A DNA stretch of 32,000 bases from Longivirga aurantiaca (lineage in GTDB: Bacteria; Actinomycetota; Actinomycetes; S36-B12; CAIYMF01). A program made the translations under genes and the position numbers. This document shows, piece by piece, positions 7,692 to 17,789 of the stretch. Below the pieces are notes generated by a model that was given only the letters and a program-made list of their open reading frames with translations, was not told the origin of the DNA and did not search any database. The stretch is taken from assembly GCF_042660085.1 (NCBI RefSeq), contig NZ_JBHSTI010000008.1, forward strand, positions 1,449,876-1,481,875, read 5' to 3'. Position 1 is the first letter of the stretch. Every line of letters starts with the position of its first letter.

Positions 7692-7720
7692 CTCAAGCCC
7701 GGAGCCTCCAGCGCCGAAGT
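7692..7720 (+). promoter_or_regulatory. Candidate FliA/WhiG-like promoter upstream of pilMNO
   Basis: CTCAAG-N15-GCCGAAGT. Confidence 0.45.
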
Positions 7721-7773
7721 GCGTAAGGAGAGCCACCTGAGCAGAAGCTGGTGGCAGGCGAAGGGTGACTACC

Positions 7774-8820
7774 GTGGCTGGTCGGACCGCCATCGGCCTG
7801 GACATCGGCACATCGAGTGTCCGGGCGGCCCAGGTTTCCCTCTCCAAGGGGGGACCGGTTCTGGAGCGTTTCGGGCAGGTCGCACTGCCCGCCGGAGTTG
7901 TGCGCGACGGCGAGGTCGTCGACCCTGACGCCGTCGGCGACGCCATCAAGACCCTGTGGGCCCAGGCGAAGTTCTCGCAGAAGGACGTCGTGCTCGGGGT
8001 GTCGAACCAGAAGGTCGTGGTCCGGCTGGTCGACCTCCCGTGGCTCCCGGCCGACGAGCTGAGGGCGAGCCTCAAGTTCCAGGTCGCGGACCTCGTCCCC
8101 ATGCCCGTCGACGAGGCGGTGCTCGACTTCGTCCCGCTCGAGGAGATCACCACCGACAACAGCCGCATGGTGCGAGGCCTTCTCGTGGCCGCGGCACAGG
8201 ACGCGGTCCTCGACTCCATCCGGGCGGCGCAGCGCGCCGGCCTTCGGGTGACGACGGTAGACCTCACGCCGTTCGCGGTGCTGCGGGTCGCCGGCGCAGG
8301 AGACGCCCTGGGGCTCAACGGCCCCGAGGCCGTCGTCGACATCGGCGCCAAGGTGACCAACATCGTCGTCCACGAGGCGGGGGTGCCGAAGTTCGTGCGC
8401 ATCCTGCTCCTCGGTGGCGACGACGTGACCTCGGCCGTGGTCGAGCGGCTCGGCATCCCGACCGCTGAGGCGGAGCGGCTCAAGCGCGACCGGCTCTCGC
8501 TGGCCGACCCGGCCTCCGCCGATGCCCGTCGCATCATCGACGCCGCCCTGGCGGAGTTCGTGGACGAGGTGCGCGGCTCGGTCGACTACTTCGTGGCGAT
8601 GAGCGGTGGGCGCCCGCTCTCGCGGGTCGTGCTCTCGGGCGGCGGATCGCTCGCCGACGGGCTCGCCCAGCGCCTGGCCACGGCGGTGCGCACGCCCGTC
8701 GAATACGGCCGGCCCTTCAGCCATGTCTCGCTGGGCAAGACCGGACTGACGCCAGAGCAGCTGCAGTTCGTCGAGCCCCTCTCGGCCGTACCGGTCGGCC
8801 TCGCGATGGGAGCGGTGTGA
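7774..8820 (+). CDS. pilM: Type IV pilus assembly actin-like ATPase PilM (alternative GTG start at 7765)
   Basis: AIGLDIGTSSVRAAQVSLSKG...NQKVVVRLVDLPWLPADELRASLKFQVADLVPMPVDEAVLDF...VVDIGAKVTNIVVHEAG. Confidence 0.93.
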   Translation: MAGRTAIGLDIGTSSVRAAQVSLSKGGPVLERFGQVALPAGVVRDGEVVDPDAVGDAIKTLWAQAKFSQKDVVLGVSNQKVVVRLVDLPWLPADELRASLKFQVADLVPMPVDEAVLDFVPLEEITTDNSRMVRGLLVAAAQDAVLDSIRAAQRAGLRVTTVDLTPFAVLRVAGAGDALGLNGPEAVVDIGAKVTNIVVHEAGVPKFVRILLLGGDDVTSAVVERLGIPTAEAERLKRDRLSLADPASADARRIIDAALAEFVDEVRGSVDYFVAMSGGRPLSRVVLSGGGSLADGLAQRLATAVRTPVEYGRPFSHVSLGKTGLTPEQLQFVEPLSAVPVGLAMGAV

Positions 8821-9569
8821 TGGTGTCGTTGCGCAGGTCCAGCACGGACGTCCTCGAGGCGCCCGACGAGCAGCACGGCGGGATCCCGATCCCCGACCGC
8901 TCCGCGGCGTACCCGCGGGTCAACCTCATGCCCGCGGTCATCGCGGCCGAGGCCAAGGAGCGGCACGCCAGGACCATCATGATCGGCGCCGTCGCCGCCT
9001 CCGTCGTCGCGGTGGGAGGGCTGTACCTCCTCGCGACGAACGAGGTGAACGCGGCGCAGGAGCGGCTCGACACCGCGGCAGCCCAGGGAGTCGTGCTCCA
9101 GAAGGAGCTCGCTCGCTACTCCGACGTCCCCAAGGTGCAGAACGAGGTCGCCATCGCGCAGACCCAGGCGTACAACGCCATGGGCGGCGAGGTGCGCTGG
9201 TCGTTCCTGCTCAACAACCTCTCGCTGACCATCCCCCGGAACACCTCTCTCATCAGCCTGTCCGGGAGCGTCAACGGGGTCGCACCGGTGCCGGGAGCAG
9301 CCTCCGCGGCGACCGCCGACGACGCCGCCGTGATCAGCGCCCTCGGGCGTCCTGGGATCGGCCAGATCTCCTACGAGGGCGAGGCAGTCCGGTTCGGCGA
9401 CTTCGCCGCCTTCCTCGACGTCCTGGCCAAGCAGAAGACGATGCTCGATCCGTTCCCGGGCGAGGTCAAGCGTGCCGAGAGTGACGCCGAGGGCCTGACG
9501 TTCAGCGCCACCGTGACGGTCACCGACAAGGCGCTCTCGCGCCGCTACGACCCGAAGGCGGGTAACTGA
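8817..9569 (+). CDS. pilN: PilN-like pilus assembly protein
   Basis: VNLMPAVIAAEAKERHARTIMIGAVAASVVAVGGLYLLATNEVNAAQERLD; follows pilM, precedes PilO. Confidence 0.85.
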   Translation: MMVSLRRSSTDVLEAPDEQHGGIPIPDRSAAYPRVNLMPAVIAAEAKERHARTIMIGAVAASVVAVGGLYLLATNEVNAAQERLDTAAAQGVVLQKELARYSDVPKVQNEVAIAQTQAYNAMGGEVRWSFLLNNLSLTIPRNTSLISLSGSVNGVAPVPGAASAATADDAAVISALGRPGIGQISYEGEAVRFGDFAAFLDVLAKQKTMLDPFPGEVKRAESDAEGLTFSATVTVTDKALSRRYDPKAGN

Positions 9570-9570
9570 C

Positions 9571-10227
9571 ATGAGTCTCCCCGGTGCAAGCAAGTGGTAC
9601 GTGGGTGCCGCGCTCGCCTCGGTCCTCGTCCTCATCGCCGGCTGGTTCCTGCTCGTGTCCCCGCAGCGCTCCAGCGCCGCGGAGATCGGCACGGCCGCCG
9701 ACGACAGGGCGGCCGCCAACGTCGTGACCGAGCGGCAGATCGAGTCGTTGAAGGCGCAGTACAAGAACCTTCCCGAGCTCGAGCAGCAGCTCGCGAGCAT
9801 CCGCTCGCGCATCCCGAGCAGCCCGAACATGCCGTCGGTGGTGCGCAGCGTCAGCACGAAGGCAGCGACCGCGGGCGTCACGCTCGTGTCGCTGGTGCCG
9901 TCGACGCCCCAGCCGCTGGACGCCGGTGGCTCGGGCGACCAGGCCGACCTGGCAGCACCCGGCCAGGTCAACCAGTACCCGGTCTCCGTGATCGTCGAGG
10001 GACGGTTCGCGAACGTGCGGCTCTTCCTGCTCAGCCTCGAGAGCCTGCAGCGCTCGTTCCTCGTGACGGGGATCGACATCAGCAGGGTCGAGGACGCGAC
10101 GAAGCCCTCCGGCACGCTGAACGTGACCCTGACCGGTCGCGTGTTCACCGCCAACCCCGGCGCACCTGTGACGGCCAAGGCCCCCGCGCCCGCAGCCGGC
10201 GAGACCGCTTCCGACACGGCAAGCTGA
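9571..10227 (+). CDS. pilO: PilO-like pilus assembly protein
   Basis: N-terminal TM, coiled-coil, then VNQYPVSVIVEGRFANVRLFLLSLESLQRSFLVTGIDISR typical of PilO. Confidence 0.88.
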   Translation: MSLPGASKWYVGAALASVLVLIAGWFLLVSPQRSSAAEIGTAADDRAAANVVTERQIESLKAQYKNLPELEQQLASIRSRIPSSPNMPSVVRSVSTKAATAGVTLVSLVPSTPQPLDAGGSGDQADLAAPGQVNQYPVSVIVEGRFANVRLFLLSLESLQRSFLVTGIDISRVEDATKPSGTLNVTLTGRVFTANPGAPVTAKAPAPAAGETASDTAS

Positions 10228-10237
10228 GGAGAGAGTC

Positions 10238-10873
10238 ATGAGTGAGCCGATCTTCGCGGCCGGGAACGGCGCCGCGGCGCCGGTGCAGGCGGACCCGCAG
10301 CCCGAGAAGGGCAACAACCGCAAGGCGCTGCTCGCGCTCGGCGCAGTGCTCGGGGCAGTGGTCGTCGGTGGTGGAGCCTTCTTCTTCCTCAACCAGTCGT
10401 CGTCCGGCGACGAGGTCGCCATGCCGCCGAAGAAGCCTGCTGCCACCGAGCCCGAGGTTGCGCCATCGCCGTCGGCCAAGCCGACCAAGGCGGTGACGGT
10501 CAAGACCGCCACGGTCACGAGCCACGACCCCTTCGCCGTGCTCTTCCCCGAGGAGCAGGCCCCGAGCGGGTCAGGCGACGGCACGACCCCGGACCCGGGC
10601 ACCTCGACGCCGGCGCCTGACGCCTCGGCGCCGGTGACGCCTCCGGACCAGTCGACCTCCACGACCTACAAGGTCGAGGTGACGATCATCAAGCAGGATG
10701 CCGGCGTCGCCCAGATCCAGGTCAACGGCAAGCCCTACTCGGCGAGCGTCGGCAAGGACTTCGGGCAGTACTTCACCCTGTACGCCATCTTCAACAGCGA
10801 CTGCGTGGGCGTGCTGTTCGGAGACCAGAACGTCCCCGTCTGCAAGGGCAGCGCCTCGACGGTCGCGACCTGA
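10238..10873 (+). CDS. Pilus-operon hypothetical bitopic membrane protein
   Basis: ATG after GAGAGTC, directly downstream of pilO; [23 protein letters not shown], Pro/Thr linker, C-terminal domain [29 protein letters not shown]...[17 protein letters not shown]. Confidence 0.8.
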   Translation: MSEPIFAAGNGAAAPVQADPQPEKGNNRKALLALGAVLGAVVVGGGAFFFLNQSSSGDEVAMPPKKPAATEPEVAPSPSAKPTKAVTVKTATVTSHDPFAVLFPEEQAPSGSGDGTTPDPGTSTPAPDASAPVTPPDQSTSTTYKVEVTIIKQDAGVAQIQVNGKPYSASVGKDFGQYFTLYAIFNSDCVGVLFGDQNVPVCKGSASTVAT

Positions 10874-10882
10874 GCGTTCGTT

Positions 10883-10939
10883 CGACGACACGAAGGACGC
10901 GGCGGCGGGCATCGGCCCACCCCGCGTCCTTCGTCGTCG
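10883..10939 (+). terminator. Stem-loop ending the pilMNO operon
   Basis: CGACGACACGAAGGACGCGG ... CCGCGTCCTTCGTCGTCG inverted repeat with a small bulge. Confidence 0.65.
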
Positions 10940-10994
10940 CGGTGGTGCCGCGCCCTGCTCGGGTGCTGGACGTGCCGCATGGGATGATGACGGG

Positions 10995-12173
10995 ATGCTG
11001 CGTTGGTTGACCGCCGGAGAGTCCCACGGACCCGCGCTCGTCGCGATCCTCGAGGGCCTGCCCGCAGGGGTCGCCGTCACGACCGCGGACGTCGACCGGG
11101 ACCTCGCCCGCCGCCGTCTCGGCGTCGGCCGGGGCGCCCGCATGAAGTTCGAGCAGGATGCCGTGCGCATCCTGGGCGGAGTGCGGCACGGGTCGACCCT
11201 GGGCGGCCCGATCGCCATCGAGGTCGGCAACAGCGAGTGGCCCAAGTGGGAGACCGTCATGGCGGCCGACCCGGTCGACGCCGACGTGCTCGAGGCCCAG
11301 GCCCGCAACGCACCCCTGACCCGCCCGCGCCCGGGCCACGCCGACCTCGTCGGGATGCAGAAGTACGGCTTCGACGACGCCCGCCCGATCCTCGAGCGCG
11401 CCAGCGCCCGCGAGACCGCGGCCCGGGTGGCCCTCGGGGCCGTGGCCAAGGCGTTCCTCGAGCAGTCGGTGGGGGCACACGTCCTGTCGCACGTCGTGGA
11501 GCTGGGCACGGTGTCGGCACCAGCCGGTCTCGTCCCGAGTCCCGGTGACCTCGACGCGATCGACGCCGACGACGCCCGCTGCCTCGACGCCACGGCGTCC
11601 GCGCTCATGTCCGAGGAGGTCGAGCAGGCCCGCAAGGACGGCGACACCCTCGGGGGCGTGGTCGAGGTGGTCGTGCACGGCCTCCCGCCGGGCCTCGGCA
11701 GCCACGTGCACTGGGACCGCCGGCTCGACGCCCGCCTCGCTGCTGCGCTCATGGGAATCCAGGCCATCAAGGGCGTGGAGGTGGGCGACGGCTTCGAGCT
11801 CGCCCGCACCCGGGGCTCGAAGGCGCACGACGAGATCCTGCCCGGCCCCGACGGAGTGGTCCGCGCCAGCGGCCGCAGCGGCGGCACCGAGGGCGGCATG
11901 TCGACCGGCGAGGTCCTGCGCGTCCGCGCGGCCATGAAGCCGATCTCCACGGTGCCGAGGGCCCTGCGCACGATCGACGTCGCCACCGGCGAGCCGGCGC
12001 AGGCGATCAACCAGCGCAGCGACGTCTGCGCCGTCCCGGCCGCAGGCGTCGTGGCCGAGGCGATGGTGGCGCTGGTGCTCGCCGACGCCGTCCTCGAGAA
12101 GTTCGGCGGCGACTCGGTCGCCGAGACCGCACGGAACGCGGCTGCGTACCGTGCCGCCCTCGTGGTCTCGTAG
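10995..12173 (+). CDS. aroC: Chorismate synthase
   Basis: [25 protein letters not shown]...[27 protein letters not shown]; continues into aroK-aroB-aroQ. Confidence 0.97.
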   Translation: MLRWLTAGESHGPALVAILEGLPAGVAVTTADVDRDLARRRLGVGRGARMKFEQDAVRILGGVRHGSTLGGPIAIEVGNSEWPKWETVMAADPVDADVLEAQARNAPLTRPRPGHADLVGMQKYGFDDARPILERASARETAARVALGAVAKAFLEQSVGAHVLSHVVELGTVSAPAGLVPSPGDLDAIDADDARCLDATASALMSEEVEQARKDGDTLGGVVEVVVHGLPPGLGSHVHWDRRLDARLAAALMGIQAIKGVEVGDGFELARTRGSKAHDEILPGPDGVVRASGRSGGTEGGMSTGEVLRVRAAMKPISTVPRALRTIDVATGEPAQAINQRSDVCAVPAAGVVAEAMVALVLADAVLEKFGGDSVAETARNAAAYRAALVVS

Positions 12174-12177
12174 GCAC

Positions 12178-12693
12178 GTGTCCCCCCGCGTCGTGCTCGT
12201 CGGTGTGCCCGGATCGGGCAAGTCCACCGTGGGCGGAGTGCTGGCCGAGCTGCTCGGCGTCACCCTGCGCGACACCGACCGCGACATCGAGGTCGTGGCG
12301 GGCAAGTCGATCCCCGACATCTTCGTCGACGACGGCGAGCCCGCCTTCCGTGCGCTCGAGCGCACGGCGGTGGCGACCGCGATCGCCGAGCACGACGGCG
12401 TCCTGGCGCTCGGCGGCGGGGCTGTGATCGACGAGGGAACGCGAGCGCTGCTGCGCGACCAGCCGACCGTCTGGCTGCAGGTGAGCGCCGCCGGTGGGGC
12501 CAAGCGCGTCGGGCTCGACGTGCCGCGGCCCGTGCTGCTCGGCAACGTCCGCGGACGGCTCGCGACGCTGGTGGCCGAGCGGAGCCCGCTGTACGCCGAG
12601 GTCGCGACGATCACGGTCGAGACCGACGGCCGCAGCCCTGCCGAGGTCGCGGAGGTCATCGTGCAGACGCTCGGCCTCAGGGAGGCGTCATGA
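12178..12693 (+). CDS. aroK: Shikimate kinase
   Basis: VVLVGVPGSGKSTVGGVLAELLGVTLRDTDRDIE...LGGGAVID. Confidence 0.95.
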   Translation: MSPRVVLVGVPGSGKSTVGGVLAELLGVTLRDTDRDIEVVAGKSIPDIFVDDGEPAFRALERTAVATAIAEHDGVLALGGGAVIDEGTRALLRDQPTVWLQVSAAGGAKRVGLDVPRPVLLGNVRGRLATLVAERSPLYAEVATITVETDGRSPAEVAEVIVQTLGLREAS

Positions 12694-13787
12694 CCGGCCC
12701 CACGCGCATCAGTGTGCGCGGGGAGTCGCCGTACGACGTGGTGGTGGGGCGCTCGCTGCTCGACTCGCTGCCCTCCGCGGTCCGCGGCGCGCACCGGGCA
12801 GCCGTCGTCCACCCGGCGTCGCGGCCGGAGGACGGCGCCCGCGTCGCTGAGGCGCTGCGCGACTCGGGGCACCAGGTCCTGCTGATCCCCGTGCCGGACG
12901 GCGAGGATGCCAAGACCGCGGACGTGCTCGCGTCGTGCTGGTCGGCCCTCGGACGCGCCGGCTTCACGCGGTCGGACGTCGTGGTCGGGGTCGGTGGGGG
13001 AGCCACGACCGACCTCGCGGGCTTCCTCGCGGCGAGCTGGCTGCGCGGGGTCCGCCTCGTGCAGATGCCCACGACGCTGCTCGGCATGGTCGACGCCGCG
13101 GTCGGGGGCAAGACCGGGATCAACACGCCCGAGGGCAAGAACCTCGTCGGCGCCTTCCACCACCCTGCCGCGGTGCTCGCCGACCTCGACGCGCTGGGCA
13201 CGCTGCCCGCCCCTGACCTCGTGGCGGGGCTGGCCGAGGTCGTGAAGGTGGGGTTCACCTCCGACGACGTGATCCTCGACCTGGTCGAGGGCGACGTCGC
13301 CGGGGCCACGGACCCGACCAGCCCGGTGCTCCGCGAGCTCGTCGAGCGCGCCATCCAGGTCAAGGCCGACGTCGTGAGCGACGACTTCCGCGAGGCGCGC
13401 GAGGGCGGCCTCGGCCGCGAGGTGCTCAACTACGGCCACACGTTCGCGCACGCGATTGAGCAGGTCGAGGACTACCGCTGGCGCCACGGCGACGCGGTGG
13501 CGGTGGGCCTGCACTACGTGTCGGCGCTCGCCCGGCTCGCCGGGCGGCTGCCGCAGGCAGACGCGGCGCGTCACCTGTCGGTGCTGCAGCTGCTGGGGCT
13601 GCCCACGTCGTACCCGCCCGGCCGGTTCGAGGAGCTCCTCGCGGCGATGCGGATCGACAAGAAGTCGCGCGGCGACCTGCTGCGCTTCGTGGTCCTCGAC
13701 GGCATCGGCCGTCCCGGGCTGCTCGAGGGGCCGGACCAGGCCCTGCTCGAGGCCGCGTACGCCGAGGTGTCGGAGGTGGTGTCATGA
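12690..13787 (+). CDS. aroB: 3-dehydroquinate synthase
   Basis: [64 protein letters not shown]...[11 protein letters not shown]. Confidence 0.97.
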   Translation: MTGPTRISVRGESPYDVVVGRSLLDSLPSAVRGAHRAAVVHPASRPEDGARVAEALRDSGHQVLLIPVPDGEDAKTADVLASCWSALGRAGFTRSDVVVGVGGGATTDLAGFLAASWLRGVRLVQMPTTLLGMVDAAVGGKTGINTPEGKNLVGAFHHPAAVLADLDALGTLPAPDLVAGLAEVVKVGFTSDDVILDLVEGDVAGATDPTSPVLRELVERAIQVKADVVSDDFREAREGGLGREVLNYGHTFAHAIEQVEDYRWRHGDAVAVGLHYVSALARLAGRLPQADAARHLSVLQLLGLPTSYPPGRFEELLAAMRIDKKSRGDLLRFVVLDGIGRPGLLEGPDQALLEAAYAEVSEVVS

Positions 13788-14212
13788 CCCGCGTGCTGGT
13801 GCTGAACGGGCCCAACCTGAGCAGGCTGGGCACCCGTGAGCCGGACGTCTACGGCGCGACGACGTACGACGAGCTCGTCGGGATCTGCACCGCCGAGGGC
13901 GCCGCCCTCGGGCTCGAGGTCGAGGTGCGCCAGACCGACGACGAGGCCGAGCTCGTGCACTGGCTGCACGAGGCCGCCGACACGTCCACGCCCGTGGTGC
14001 TGAATCCCGCGGCGTTCACCCACTACTCGTACGCCGTGCGCGACGCGATCGCGCTGCGCACCGCCCCCTTGGTCGAGGTGCACCTCTCGAACCCTGCTGC
14101 GCGCGAGGAGTTCCGCCACACGTCGGTGGTGGCGGCGGTGGCCACCGGGACGATCGCCGGCTTCGGCGTCGACAGCTACCGCCTCGCGCTGCGCGCGCTC
14201 GCCGCGTCATGA
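13784..14212 (+). CDS. aroQ: Type II 3-dehydroquinate dehydratase
   Basis: [21 protein letters not shown]...[16 protein letters not shown]...[18 protein letters not shown]. Confidence 0.96.
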   Translation: MTRVLVLNGPNLSRLGTREPDVYGATTYDELVGICTAEGAALGLEVEVRQTDDEAELVHWLHEAADTSTPVVLNPAAFTHYSYAVRDAIALRTAPLVEVHLSNPAAREEFRHTSVVAAVATGTIAGFGVDSYRLALRALAAS

Positions 14213-15285
14213 CGCGGGACCGCCGCGACCGGGTCCGGGCCCTGCTGCCGGCTCAGGGCGTCGATGCACTGCTCGTGACGTACCTGACCAACGTGCGCTA
14301 CCTCTCGGGGTTCAGCGGCTCCAACGGCGCGGTGCTCGTCGGCCGGGATCCCAAGGATGACAGGCTGATCACCGACTTCCGCTACGTCACCCAGGCTGCC
14401 GCCGAGTGCCCGGGCCTGGATGTCCTGGTCGAGCGCGCCGTGGACGCCGGGGGAGCGGCGCACGCGGTGGCCGTAGGCGCGTCCCGGCTCGGGTTCGAGG
14501 CGGCCCGGATGACCGTGGCGGCGCACGAGTCGCTGCGCGCGGCCCACCGCGACCTCGACCTGGTGCCGACCGAGGGTGTCGTGGAGGGGCTGCGCACGAC
14601 GAAGGACGACGACGAGCTCGCGCACCTCGCCGAGGCGTGCCGCATCTCGGACGCCGCGCTCGCGGCGACCCTGCCGCTCGTGCGCGTCGGGATGACCGAG
14701 CGCCAGGTGGCCCGGCTGCTCGACGGCCTGATGCTCGACCACGGCGCCGAGGCCGTCTCGTTCGACACCATCGTGGCCTCGGGCCCGAACTCGGCCATCC
14801 CGCACCACAGCCCCACCGACCGGGCGATCGAGCGGGGGGACCTCCTCAAGATCGACTTCGGCGCCCTCTCCGCGGGCTACCACGCCGACGAGACGCGCAC
14901 GTTCGTCGTCGGCGCCGACCCGGAGCCCTGGCAGAGCGAGCTCCATGCGCTCGTGGCGCGGGCCCAGCAGGCGGGCGTCGACGCCCTCGCAGTGGGCGCG
15001 GAGCTGCGTGATGTCGACCACGCGGCACGCTCGGTGATCGCCGCAGCTGGGCACGCGGAGCACTTCGGGCACGGCCTCGGGCACGGGGTCGGGCTCGACA
15101 TCCATGAAGCGCCGATGATCGGCTACTCCACGGCGGGTATCCTGGGCGACCGCACGCCGGTGACCGTCGAGCCTGGGGTCTATCTCCCCGGGCGCGGCGG
15201 GGTACGCATCGAGGACACCCTCGTCGTCCATGCCGGCGGGCCCGTGTCGCTCACCACGACGACGCGTGAGCTGCTCGTCCTCTAG
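14209..15285 (+). CDS. M24 family aminopeptidase (Xaa-Pro peptidase-like)
   Basis: [24 protein letters not shown]...[15 protein letters not shown]...[18 protein letters not shown]. Confidence 0.92.
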   Translation: MTRDRRDRVRALLPAQGVDALLVTYLTNVRYLSGFSGSNGAVLVGRDPKDDRLITDFRYVTQAAAECPGLDVLVERAVDAGGAAHAVAVGASRLGFEAARMTVAAHESLRAAHRDLDLVPTEGVVEGLRTTKDDDELAHLAEACRISDAALAATLPLVRVGMTERQVARLLDGLMLDHGAEAVSFDTIVASGPNSAIPHHSPTDRAIERGDLLKIDFGALSAGYHADETRTFVVGADPEPWQSELHALVARAQQAGVDALAVGAELRDVDHAARSVIAAAGHAEHFGHGLGHGVGLDIHEAPMIGYSTAGILGDRTPVTVEPGVYLPGRGGVRIEDTLVVHAGGPVSLTTTTRELLVL

Positions 15286-15306
15286 ACCTTCCCAGGAGAC
15301 CTCCCC

Positions 15307-15867
15307 GTGGCCACCACGAACGACCTCAAGAACGGCCTGGTCCTCAACATCGACGGCCAGCTCTGGTCCGTCGTCGAGTTCCAGCACGTCAAGCCCGGCA
15401 AGGGCCCGGCCTTCGTGCGCACCAAGCTCAAGGCGGTCCTGTCCGGCAAGGTCGTCGACAAGACGTTCAACGCCGGCGTGAAGGTCGAGACCGCCAACGT
15501 CGACCGCCGCGACTTCCAGTACCTCTACCGCGACGGCGACGACTGGGTGTTCATGGACACCTCGTCGTACGACCAGGTCCACGTGCCGGACGCCGTGGTC
15601 GGCGACAACGCCAAGTGGATGCTCGAGGGCCAGGCGGCGATCCTCGCGACGCACGACGGCGTCCCGCTGTACATCGAGCTGCCCGCCTCGGTCGAGCTCA
15701 TGATCACGTACACCGAGCCGGGCCTGCAGGGCGACCGATCGACCGGCGGCACCAAGCCCGCCACCCTCGAGACCGGTGCCGAGATCGCCGTGCCGCTGTT
15801 CATCGAGAACAACACCAAGGTCAAGGTCGACACCCGCGACGGGTCGTACCTCGGCCGCGTCAACTAG
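15307..15867 (+). CDS. efp: Elongation factor P
   Basis: [57 protein letters not shown]...DGSYLGRVN. Confidence 0.97.
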   Translation: MATTNDLKNGLVLNIDGQLWSVVEFQHVKPGKGPAFVRTKLKAVLSGKVVDKTFNAGVKVETANVDRRDFQYLYRDGDDWVFMDTSSYDQVHVPDAVVGDNAKWMLEGQAAILATHDGVPLYIELPASVELMITYTEPGLQGDRSTGGTKPATLETGAEIAVPLFIENNTKVKVDTRDGSYLGRVN

Positions 15868-15869
15868 AG

Positions 15870-16280
15870 GTGTCGGCACGGAGCAAGGCCCGCAAGAAGG
15901 CGCTCGACGTCCTGTACGAGGCGGAGGCCCGGGGCGTGTCCGCGGCCGACGTCCTCGACGCGACCACGGAGTCGGCGCCGCAGCCGCTCAACCCCTACAC
16001 GGCCGAGCTCGTGTGGGGCGTGGTCGAGCACGCGGACCGCATCGACGACCTGCTGGCGACGTACAGCCTGGGCTGGACGCTCGACCGCATGCCGGCCGTC
16101 GACCGTAACCTGCTGCGCATCGGCACGTACGAGATCCTCTGGGGCGACGACGTCCCCGACGCCGTCGCGATCAACGAGGCCGTCGAGCTCGCCCGCTCGC
16201 TGTCGACCGACGAGTCGCCGACGTTCGTCAACGGGCTGCTCGCGCGCATCCTCTCGGTCAAGCCCAGCCTGGCCCTGTAG
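15870..16280 (+). CDS. nusB: Transcription antitermination factor NusB
   Basis: GTG start; SARSKARKKALDVLYEAEARG...MPAVDRNLLRIGTYEILWGDDVPDAVAINEAVELAR. Confidence 0.95.
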   Translation: MSARSKARKKALDVLYEAEARGVSAADVLDATTESAPQPLNPYTAELVWGVVEHADRIDDLLATYSLGWTLDRMPAVDRNLLRIGTYEILWGDDVPDAVAINEAVELARSLSTDESPTFVNGLLARILSVKPSLAL

Positions 16281-16308
16281 CTGCCCCGCGCGCGCTACGG
16301 TCGCGGGC

Positions 16309-17655
16309 GTGAGCAGCCGGCTGTCGACGTCGCAGAAGATCGGGTACGCCGCGGGCTCGGTGGGCACCGGCGGGTTCTCCACGGTGCCCGGGCTGCTGCT
16401 GCTCTACTACCTGACCGACGAGCTGGGTGTGGCTGCGGCCGCAGCCGGGCTCGTCGTGCTGCTGCCCAAGGCCTGGGACGTCGTCCTCAACCCGTTCGTC
16501 GGGAGCTGGAGCGACCGCACGACCTCCCGGTGGGGGGCCCGCGTGCCCTGGATGATGCGCGGAGCCGTGCTGCTGCCGCTGGCGTTCGCCGCGATGTTCT
16601 GGGCGCCGGGTGGGCTCGCGGACGCGGGTGCCGCCCTCTGGGTCGCCGGCTGCTTCCTCCTCGCTGCCACCGGCTTCGCCTTCTTCCAGGTGCCGTACAT
16701 CGCGCAGCCGGCGGAGCTGACGGACGACTACGCCGAGCGCACCTCGCTCATGACCTGGCGGATCGCCCTCCTCACCCTCGCGATCCTGGTCTTCGGCGCG
16801 GGGGCGCCCGGGCTGGTGAAGGCGGGCGGCGACGGGCTCGCGGGCTACCGCCTCATGGGCGTCGTCTGCGGCACGCTCTTCCTCATCGGGTTCGGCGTCG
16901 CGATCCTCGCCACCCGCAACCTGCCGACCGTCCTGCGGGCCGAGCCCTCGGGCGGCCTCGGCGAGCAGCTGCGGGCCGTGGCGGAGAACCGTGACTTCCG
17001 CGTGCTGTTCGCGGCCTTCGTGATCCAGGCGCTCGGCACCTCGACCGCTCTTGCGGGGGCGGCGTACGTGGCCGAGTACCTGCTGGGCGCGAAGGGCATG
17101 ACCACGGTCCTGTTCGTAGCCCTGGTGGCGCCGGCGATCCTGCTCGTCCCGGTCTGGCGGATCTTCGCGGCCCGGCGCGGCAAGCAGGCGGGCTTCCGGT
17201 GGGCGACCGTGCTGTTCCTCGTCGGTGCTGTCGTGATGGCCTTCGCCGGACGGGTGCCGACGTGGTTCCTGCTCGTCGGCGTGGCCGTGGCCGGCACGGG
17301 GTACGCCGGTCAGCAGCTGTTCCCCCTGGCCATGCTCCCGGACACGATCCAGGCCGACGCCCTGCGCACGGGACGGCTCCGGTCGGGCGTGTTCACCGGG
17401 GTGTGGACTGCGGGGGAGACGCTCGGGTTCGCGCTCGGCCCGTTCCTCTTCGCCATGGTGCTCGCGCTCGGCGGGTTCGTGGCGACGACCTCGGGCGTGA
17501 GCGTGGACCAGCCGCAGAGCGCCCTCACCGCGATCGCCCTGGGCTTCGGCGCGCTCCCGGCGCTGCTCATGCTCACCAGCCTGCCGGTGCTGCGGCGCTA
17601 CTCCCTGACCGAGGCGTCGCTCGCCGACCTCGCCGCGCAGCCGGGCGCACGCTGA
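16309..17655 (+). CDS. MFS/GPH-type sugar:cation symporter-like transporter
   Basis: KIGYAAGSVGTGGFSTVPGLLLLYYLTDELG...PKAWDVVLNPFVGSWSDRTTSRWGARVPWM; 10+ TM segments. Confidence 0.85.
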   Translation: MSSRLSTSQKIGYAAGSVGTGGFSTVPGLLLLYYLTDELGVAAAAAGLVVLLPKAWDVVLNPFVGSWSDRTTSRWGARVPWMMRGAVLLPLAFAAMFWAPGGLADAGAALWVAGCFLLAATGFAFFQVPYIAQPAELTDDYAERTSLMTWRIALLTLAILVFGAGAPGLVKAGGDGLAGYRLMGVVCGTLFLIGFGVAILATRNLPTVLRAEPSGGLGEQLRAVAENRDFRVLFAAFVIQALGTSTALAGAAYVAEYLLGAKGMTTVLFVALVAPAILLVPVWRIFAARRGKQAGFRWATVLFLVGAVVMAFAGRVPTWFLLVGVAVAGTGYAGQQLFPLAMLPDTIQADALRTGRLRSGVFTGVWTAGETLGFALGPFLFAMVLALGGFVATTSGVSVDQPQSALTAIALGFGALPALLMLTSLPVLRRYSLTEASLADLAAQPGAR

Positions 17656-17664
17656 CCCGGTCGG

Positions 17665-17738
17665 TGCCCCGAGTGGGATTCGAACCCACACTGGATGGTG
17701 TTTGAGACCACTGCCTCTGCCGGTTGGGCTATCGGGGC
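17665..17738 (-). tRNA. tRNA with anticodon CAA (nominally Leu), 74 nt, no encoded 3' CCA
   Basis: RC: GCCCCGA TA GCC CAACCGGCAGA GGC A GTGGT CTCAAAC ACCAT CCAGT GTGGG TTCGAAT CCCAC TCGGGGC A. Acceptor, anticodon and T stems pair. Confidence 0.9.
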
Positions 17739-17789
17739 GACGGTCGCCCAGCGTACCGGGCGGGGCTGCGCCGTCCGGTTCCGTAGGGT

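Noticed and set aside
10791-13574. 927-aa minus-strand ORF opposite aroC/aroK/aroB (similarly 567 aa at 14176-15879 and 607 aa at 27300-29123)
   Set aside because: Arg/Ala/Gly-rich translations with no domain logic, opposite highly conserved genes. This is a high-GC frame artefact, not overlapping antisense genes.
17660-17789. tRNA as an integration (att) site for a mobile element
   Set aside because: No integrase, no partial tRNA duplicate and no foreign cargo nearby; flanking genes look core.
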